NCBI RefSeq assembly: GCF_036321535.1
Contig: NC_087437.1
Coordinates: forward strand, 90,274,001 to 90,338,000
Source of the DNA: Camelus dromedarius
Taxonomy: Eukaryota
Reading direction: 5' to 3'
DNA: 64,000 nucleotides
Part shown: piece after piece, positions 55,766 through 64,000 of the stretch
Layout of the letters: each line of letters opens with the position of its first letter
How positions within the stretch are numbered: the stretch's first letter is position 1
Notes under the pieces: model-generated
What the model was told of the DNA's origin: nothing
Databases searched by the model: none
Seen by the model: the letters and a program-made list of their open reading frames with translations, nothing else
Translations under genes and position numbers: made by a program

Positions 55766-56434
55766 TGTAACAACAATCTTTTGGGTACAGCATCAAAAGC
55801 AAACTAATACATAGGACATAAATGAGGTACTCGTGTCCCACTTCCTGATTTTGGTACATCATCATTTTATTAGATGAAGTCAATCTTCTATCTTCCCTTT
55901 TCCCTCAATCACATTTAAATATGATCAACAATGACTGGGAAATACTTCTCCAAATCTTATAATGTCAATACAAAATTTAGTAAGCTTAAGAGAGCAGATA
56001 TAGTTTATAATAAATGTATTTGTATATAAAATAAAGAGGAATTAAAAGACAAATACTGAATATTAGTTGAATTCATTTCAACTATTGGCTCTCTAAAATT
56101 CATCTTTATGCTTTTATTTGACTGTTAAGACAAGCTTAATTAAGAAAGGAGCCAACTGGTGATAAGAAACTTCAAACAGAAATTTTCTTATGGGGAAGAA
56201 ACAACCCATATCAATGCAGTGGGGTATAATAAACCATTCTCCAATAGTTAATCTCATTTTTCTGAGCAGATAAATAAACAGAAGAAAACAAAAAACAAAC
56301 CTGACAATTTATCCCACTCATATGTACATTTCACATACTCTCAGGGCACAAAGCAGTCCTCAAATATCTGGAAGTCTATTAGGTCAAAGAAAGATTAGAC
56401 TCCTGTGTTTCTCAAGAAGGCAAAGAGCCAACGT

Positions 56435-56692
56435 TTAGAAGTTAAAGTGAGGCAACTTCTGGCTCAGTTTAATAATGAACTTTCTAATCCTGAGACCTGC
56501 ACAACAATGGGATGGACTGCTTTGGAAAGGAGTGAATTCACTGTGCATTTTCAAGGATAAATAAGAGAATCAGAGGCCAGGAGTATCACAAAAGATTTTT
56601 GTTTTTGTTTTTGTTTTTGTTTTTTTTGACCAGGAGGTTAGAATAGATGACCTCCTGAGTTCTTTAAAATTCCTGTGTTTCTTTGATTCTAA
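56435..56692 (+). mobile_element. CR1/L3 3' end relic with an internal (GTTTTT)n tract
   Basis: 'aactttctaatcctgagacctgcacaacaatgggatggactgc...gaggttagaatagatgacctcctgag...tttgattcta'. Confidence 0.6.
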
Positions 56693-57479
56693 GGCTCCCC
56701 TAAATATTGTATGGAATATAAAAAGACAAAGTTTTTACCCTAAGGACCAAACATGTAAACAAAATAATAAGTAACAACAACACAACTAAAATATGCACTA
56801 TGAATGCTACATACAAAGGAATCAGGCATTATTCGGAAAGTAGCTGATTTCTAAGAAAAGATTTTGCCAGTAGCAGCAGCCTTAAAAATTGAATTGTTTG
56901 CATTACTGCTGGGCTCAAATGCCTCATTCCCTTATGCTTCAATGGATTTTCTTTAAATAAAATAAAATTCCTTACTCTCTAAAATGTCTTCCTATCATTT
57001 CTTATTTGTAGACTGCCAAATATATATGTACATACGTATATGATAGTTCAGAAATTTATCAAATTGTCAGTCACTCAATAAAAACTTGATGATTCAAAAT
57101 CATAAAATGTCAGAGAGAACTATTATATTTGATCAACAGAAACCTCAAGAAACTTTAGCAGAAAGGTTGAATTAAATGAATCAGTAACACAGATTAAAAA
57201 ATGCTCAAAAATAAAAATATTCTCTATTGTTACATGAACAAGTTAGAATCATCATTCATAATTTACAACTACATGAAATTCTTTATTTTGAAGAGTTCTG
57301 AACTGATTTACAAAATCGTCAGAAATCGTCTATGTAACTTGTAAGGTAACATCGCCTCCTCCCTATTCCATGTTTAACCTGGAATTTTTAAATTCCTGTT
57401 TATTCAACTTCTTAAATACATATACATATTATATATGAGGTTGCAAGCTTCAGACGTTGAGTGGTTCATCCTCTGAATA

Positions 57480-58110
57480 TGTGTTACAGAGATTGAAAGA
57501 TATTAGCATATATGGTCTTTCATTTCTCACAGCCATTATTCTAGTTCAGATCTGTCAATCCTAGGGCATTTTCCAATAGCCGTAATTCTAGATCACATGA
57601 TTACCTAGATCCAGCCTTTAAAACATTCAATATATAGAAAATTGTCTAGAAAATAACATTCAAACTTCTTAAGCCTGGTCTTCAAAGACTTTCACAACTA
57701 GTTTCAGAATATTTTCCTTCACTCCATATGCAGCCATCACTACTACCATCACAGGCTTTATTCTTGTCAATTTCTGGCCCTTTGTTCATGCTGTCTCCTC
57801 CACCTTTATTTCTGTCCTTATCTCTTTTACCAATGTCCTATCATTTTCAAAACCTCCTAGACTTCATTTCAACCACTTTTCACTTAGACAAGTTATCTTT
57901 GAGCTCACCATCTGAAAGTGATCAACTGCTCTTTAACTTCTATAAATTCTATATATTTTATTTGAATAGTTGTTTTTATAATGCCTGTCTCATCAGGTAC
58001 TTAGTCTCTTAAGGGCTATTACAACCTTTTATTTTGTGTGTGTGTGTCCTCACTTTTTTTTTTATATTACTTTGCTAGAAAGTAATCAAAAGTACGTGTT
58101 GAATTGAACT
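57480..58110 (+). mobile_element. L2 relic
   Basis: 'cacagccattattctagttcaga...tctagatcacatga...aacattcaaacttcttaagcctggtcttcaaagactttcacaact...tgttgaattgaa'. Confidence 0.55.
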
Positions 58111-59003
58111 CTCTTTTTACAACTGAAGAAACAAAAGTGAAGGCTGTTAAAGAGTCTTGCAAAAGATTAGACTGGGCATTATTGGGTGATTCTAAGAATA
58201 GAAACTGGGGCTCACCCATGACTGCAGTCTGGTGATCTAACCATTAGAGAATATTCATCCCCAGGTAACCTAATTTTTTTTGACAGCAGGCAATGCTCTG
58301 CAACTGTAGTACAAAAATAATTACTTAAAGGAAAAGTAATGTGAGACTAATTTATTAGAATAATACATTTAACTCTAGCTTTTTATTTAGATTTCTATAA
58401 ATTGCACAAGAAAGTAAAATATAAATATTCTGAGTTTAAAACTGAAGTTCATTATGCAATATCAGTTTAATTATATACTCTACTTGGAGTGTAAATTCAG
58501 ACAAATCTTGAGTTTTAGAGACACAAAAATAAGTCAGGTACTGTTTATATGCAATTGCTGCTTGAAACATCTCACCATAAGATTGACCTACACTGTTTGA
58601 TTTGAAATTATATTTCAAAGATTAATTAAAATATTCATATTTGTGTTGTTACATTTTTGCTGAAATAACAAAAAGACAGAACCATACATATAGAATTATT
58701 TAATCCTTAAATCAATTGATAAAAAGCAACTTACATGGGGTTACTGAAGAATGAATAAGAACCAAATATAGGTGATTAATCTGAGCTCCATCCCTACATT
58801 TATGTACCAATAAGCAAGTAGATAAACCTTTCTGAGTCTCATATCTATAATAAGGATTATAATGTTTACTCCAGTGGAAGGTCATAAGGATTAGTTAGTA
58901 TGTACAAAGCATTTTAAATGTGAAAGGCTATTTTTGACTGCATACATGTATAAAAATACGCATTATTCCATCCCTAAGAATAATTTATTTTATCATGTTG
59001 TAC

Positions 59004-59475
59004 TGTTATGCAGTTAGATAGAAATTAGCACTGGGAGAGGAAGGGGAAAGGAGCAACCCAGAAAATAACAGAGAGAAGGACCTGGCTTAACTTGACCCAA
59101 TGCTCAGTACAATGTAATTAACATTGCAGTTTGACCCCTTCCTGTAGGTTTCTCTGTGTGCATCATGGGTAAGAACATAAGCAAAAGAGATGGGCGTGCC
59201 TGAGCACAAGGCACACTGGACACAAATCAATCAATCACAAAAATGCCCCCTAAGCCAGGATACAAGACAGGAGAAACAAAGTAGCAGTGCGATTTTTTCC
59301 TCTCTTGGATTGGCCTGCTCCCAATTCTTGGGAGTGTACTATATTTTACTACCGTTTTACTTAACTAATAAAATCTTGTTTATGTCACGCTTTCTGTCTC
59401 TTATTAAAAATTCTTTTTTTGGGGGCGGGGAGACTAAGAACTGAGGTAACTTTTATTCCCCTCTTTCTGGTAGCA
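59004..59475 (+). mobile_element. Solo LTR of an endogenous retrovirus (ERV1-like, probably lineage-specific)
   Basis: TG...CA termini ('tgttatgcag' to 'tggtagca'), U3-like GA-rich start, 'gggagtgtactatattttact...actaataaaatc' poly(A) signal region, and U5-like 'aattctttttt...gactaagaactgagg'. No clean TSD seen. Confidence 0.65.
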
Positions 59476-61114
59476 GTCTTAGCTGACTGAGAAACCCTTA
59501 AGGTTCACACAGGTACCTCTCGTCTGTGTGGCCCACTGTTGTCTATGGGAGCATAACCTAATAAACTCTTTTTCTATATTCAAAAAGAAAAAAAAAAGAA
59601 ATCCTTAAAGTACAACACATATGAAGAACAATGATTCTTTTCTTTTAATAGAAAATCTCCACACTTTTAACTTATAATTATCATAAAGCCAGTAGTCACT
59701 CTCAAAAGTCTTTCTAGACTCATCTATTTCAAGGATGTTGGCTGGTATTTATTTTGGCCACATTTAAGTAGTATTCAAATTAACAATTCTAAGGTATAAA
59801 TCACCTCATGGGTCCATATGGAATCAAGCAAGCCATAAAATAATACAATGGAAGATGATAAGCACTATTTTGTTTGAATAAAAACACTTGTAACTTCAGG
59901 TCATTAGCTTTAAAAAAAATTTACCTTTGCTTTCCAATATGATTAATGTATACATATTTAAAATTCAATGAAAACAATTGTTTCAGGGACCAAAACCTTG
60001 TCATCTAAGGTCACTACTCCAATGTTCTGGATTAATCTATATATGTTTTGATTAGCTGAGGATATGAATTGGCTGCACAAAAGTTTCAGGCTTTTGATAC
60101 TTGAGCAAAACAGTCATGCTGTTTTCAAATCACAGCAGACTTATGTATTTTGTGGTGTTGGTAGCTGGAAATAGCATTAAAATACTATTCTGTTATGTAA
60201 AGAAACTTAACCAAGTGATTGAACACTCAACTTATTCAGGTAAATGGGGTTAGTGAGAGTTGTCTGAGCCAATAATTTTTTTCCCGTGAGAGTAGATCTG
60301 GGTCATCTCCACCAACAAAAGGAGAAGCAAACATATAAAGCCTCAAAGTTCAACACTGCAGAGAAAGGGCACAAAAATTTCCCTTGGAAAATTTATAAAA
60401 CAGATATTATTAATCCACCATCACACTCATTGAAAAGCCACAATATTTTACCCAGGACACATCTAATTTTCTGCAGCATAATTTACTCTAAAAAGCTTCA
60501 GGGTAAATTAATTGCCAAATGTATCCCTGGTTAAATAAGTAATTTGACCCATGTACGAAGATATTGAGTAGATGTCAATTAAATAGCAGAGAATAGCTTA
60601 AAAATTATTGTTGTTGTTATTTTAATTTTAATGCAGTTGATTTCAACTATTATTTCTGGTAGTAGTTTAGATAGTAAGGCCATTTTCCTGTTGAGGTTTC
60701 TTAGTTTGTGACAATAATACCATATTATCAGAACAGGAGAAAATACATTTTTTGAATTCTCTGTGGCAAAGAAATATAATTTACACAACATCTTCCGTGA
60801 ATGAGTAATTCTGACAAAAAATATTTCCACAATAAAATAATACTATCATAATCTTATCTGATGAACTGTTTTCTCGATACACTGAAAATCACTGTATGTT
60901 TTTAGTAATCTTATTTCAAATTTTCTTTGGTAGTTTTCACAGAAAAAGATGAAGATGGAAACATCCTGCTTTCTATAGGGAAATCATCTTTCATAATCTT
61001 ACATTATAACCCTTCTGAAGAGTGATAAGAGGTTGCTTACATTTCAAGCTATGCATTATTTTGCCTACATAAAATATACTTTATAGATAATACATTTAAT
61101 TTACTATGAAGATT

Positions 61115-61350
61115 GAGCTAAGGGCAGATGAACAAAATAGGTAAAGAGGATTAATAGGTGCAAAGTTCCAGCTATAAAATAAATAAATCAAGGAGACAGA
61201 CTGTACCAATGGGGCATACAGTCAATAATACTGCAACTACTTTGTTTGGTGATGATGGAAACTGAACTTACTGAGGTCATTATTTCATAATGTATAAAAT
61301 ATCAAATCACTATGTTGTAATGATGTAGTAGCGTATGTAACTTAATTTTT
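61115..61350 (+). mobile_element. L1MA-like 3' UTR fragment
   Basis: 'gaacaaaataggtaaagaggattaataggtgcaaagttccagctataaaataaataa...cagtcaataatactg...tcaaatcactatgttgta'. Confidence 0.8.
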
Positions 61351-62444
61351 TAAATCATCTAAATAAGCATAGACATATGGACACAAATTGGAAACAAAAA
61401 TGTAATAAATTTTACTATAATTCAACAATTAAAATTCTAAAACTGGGGTGTTTGTACTTCTACTTTTCAAATATGTATTAGGTGCCTGCTGTATGTCAGA
61501 GAATTAGACAGACAGGGAATTTGTTTTACTGTAGCTAGTATTCCAGTAAGGAATATGAAGAATGATGACTATGCTGACTTTTACAAAAGAAAAACCAGAT
61601 TGCATTGAAAGCGAATGTGAGATACATTAACTTAGTCTTACTTCAGAATCTATAGTATATTTACATGGGGTCCAAAAATTTGACTGAGATAGTGAAGTGA
61701 GAAAATAATGTATTGAAAATCAGTACCAACAAGGCAAATTTACAGATTAGAAAAAATTTAGGCAAAAGGTATGGTTTTAAACAACACCAAATATCACCAG
61801 TATGAATTTGTCCGGTTTTATACAACAAAAATATGTTTCAAATGTTATCTGAATTATATTTCTTGAAATACCAAGTAAATGGTGAAAAATTAAAGAAACT
61901 AAATATTAAAGTTATTTGTATACATATTTAAAATATGTGTAATACTAGAATGTAACATAGACATTATAAAAATTGACAATATGCAAAATTATACGTATTA
62001 TAATCCTTTCAGAAAAATCAACTTATAAACATTAGTTAACATTTTCACTCTATGTAATAACCAAAAAGTTTCATTCAATCTTAGTTCCTTTCACTGTTAA
62101 GCTCCAAGATTCATGATGGAGGGAACCTAAATTTTGCTTGTCCCTACATGGGCCTATTATGAACCTATATGTATCAAACATATGGAAAAGTTCCAAGGAA
62201 TCTGTGGTTAATGAATACATAAGCTTTCGGTTGTATGACTATGGGTATTTAATTTTTTTTTCTGATGTAATTTTCATTGTTTGTGTACTTTATAATCAGC
62301 ATAGGCTACCTTTGTAATAAGGCAGGATATTATCTTTCAAACAAAGGTACTGAATATCATTAAATGTAAGTTAAAATATCTTCTATAAATTAGAACTTAG
62401 AAATTGATTTTAAGGTTTTAATTATGAAATAAAATTAATGCCAG

Positions 62445-62622
62445 GACAGCACATTAGTTGAGGGCATGCATTTCAGAGTCAGGCTGACTTGGGTTTGAAT
62501 TCCCTCTAGTTCAGTAGGATGACTTACTTCTCCATGCAAATCTACTGTAAACTTGAAATGAAATAATGCCTAAAAGATTCGTCATTGTTAGTTGCTCTCA
62601 AATGATAGCTGGTTTTATTATT
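62445..62622 (+). mobile_element. MIR relic
   Basis: 'gggcatgcatttcagagtcaggctgacttgggtttgaattccctct...ctgtaaa...tgctctcaaatgatagct'. Confidence 0.65.
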
Positions 62623-64000
62623 ATAAAATGTCATATTAAAGTGAGTATTCTATAGACTCTTTATACTTAGAATTATACTCATTTTCTTGCCTACTTCTTT
62701 CCAATAAAGTAAAATTACTGCAAAAACAATTATCTTTGTTGATTACATAATAAAATATTTCTCAAACTTTAAATGGAATTTAGAGCTGGGCATATTCACT
62801 CAAATTTACACTGCATTTTCCACTTAATAATGCATTATTGGAGGAAAAAAAATTACCTAGTTCCCATGTAAGCTTCAAAATCTTTCCCTGGAAATCATGC
62901 TTTATACTGGAATCATTCGAAACCATCCATTCTTTAAAATAAGAAACACAAATGTTCATCTGAAACAAAGGTTAATCTCACAGCCTGAAATATACTGATA
63001 AAGCCTTTAGAAAATTATTTTTATCATGAAATCTCTATTTCTAAAAGGAAAACTAAGGAATGCTTCAATAGTATGAAAATCTGCTTTTGAAATAGATATT
63101 TTGAACTAGGTATTTTTCTCTTAATTGAACATTTGTGTCCAGATGATCTTGAAAGTAAATAAATCTATTTTATTTAACTTTATTTCTGTGAAATGTTAAT
63201 AAACAGAATTCTGCTCTAGAAAAATGAAGGTATAATTTAATGGCATGATTGGCATGTTTTCCAAGTATCTAATAAAATGGCATACATCAGCTTTTCTACC
63301 TCTCTATTGATGAGTGAACTCATGTCTTTTAAAAATAGTATTTAAACTTACTGTTTTTGACATAAATAAAAGAAAAAAGATATTTTGACTTGGCATTTAA
63401 AAATCTAAGCTTTTAAATTATTATTTTAAAATTTCCCTAAATCAGCACTGTATGAAGACTAATGATCCTTATATTTTCAAGAAATTATTAGTTATTTCTA
63501 ATCCATATTATACTATATAAAATTTTGATTCAATAGAAATGTGTATTTTGCTATGAACCCTCAAAAGGGTGAAATATTTCTTACTGTTCTTACAACTGTG
63601 ACTAGAACAAGTATGTTTAAATTTTTTTCTCTAGAATATAGATATTCTCATACTTCATGCTTTCTACCTTATTACAGAATAATCAAATATCTATGCTACA
63701 TACAAACTTTTAAATGTATTTTAATACTTAATTCACAGTTTAATATATAACATGTCACACCAAGTTAAATTTTCCAGAAATTACAGCACATGGTTTGTGG
63801 CGTAAGGGGTGTTTTAAATCTTTGTTTTCTAAAGATTAGCACATTCCATTTACACTGGTTTGCTAGATGCTTTACCAAATACAAAGGCAGACTCAATATA
63901 ACGGAGTAGAGCTTCACTAAGAGTTATCAAGCACTAATTGTAATTCCAGCTTTATAAATGACATTATGATCTCAGGCCTATATTTCAAACTTCTATGCCT

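Noticed and set aside
6775..61350. L1 orientation bias as evidence for the host gene strand
   Set aside because: The L1 copies split four and four between strands, so orientation is uninformative.
1..64000. Prokaryote-type systems (CRISPR arrays, operons, rRNA or tRNA genes)
   Set aside because: The sequence is mammalian non-coding DNA, and I saw no regularly spaced repeats or structural RNA genes.

Overview
AT-rich, CpG-depleted mammalian genomic DNA, most likely a camelid (llama, alpaca or camel). The young LINE-1 3' ends resemble camelid L1 (L1_Vpa-type) as I recall them, and I saw no Alu, B1, Bov-tA or PRE-1 SINEs. No protein-coding exon can be supported: the only ORFs with recognisable content are degenerate L1 ORF2 fragments. 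The window is mostly unique non-coding DNA with L1, L2, CR1/L3, MIR, MaLR/ERV LTR and hAT (MER20, MER5) relics and microsatellites, as in a very long intron. The standout is on the minus strand at 10932-11045. A perfect TACTAAC branch point, polypyrimidine tract and CAG acceptor are followed immediately by a GTGAGT donor, then a 73-nt exon with stops in all three frames that ends at a second donor (GTAAGT). This is the architecture of a vertebrate recursive splice site with its RS-exon, and implies the window lies in a giant intron of a minus-strand gene I cannot name. Other observations: nested L1 insertions with TSDs, a perfect 39-bp tandem duplication, a GATA/T-box/MEF2/E-box cluster and CpG-retaining candidate conserved elements. 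Repeat subfamily names and boundaries come from recall of consensus sequences, not from a search.
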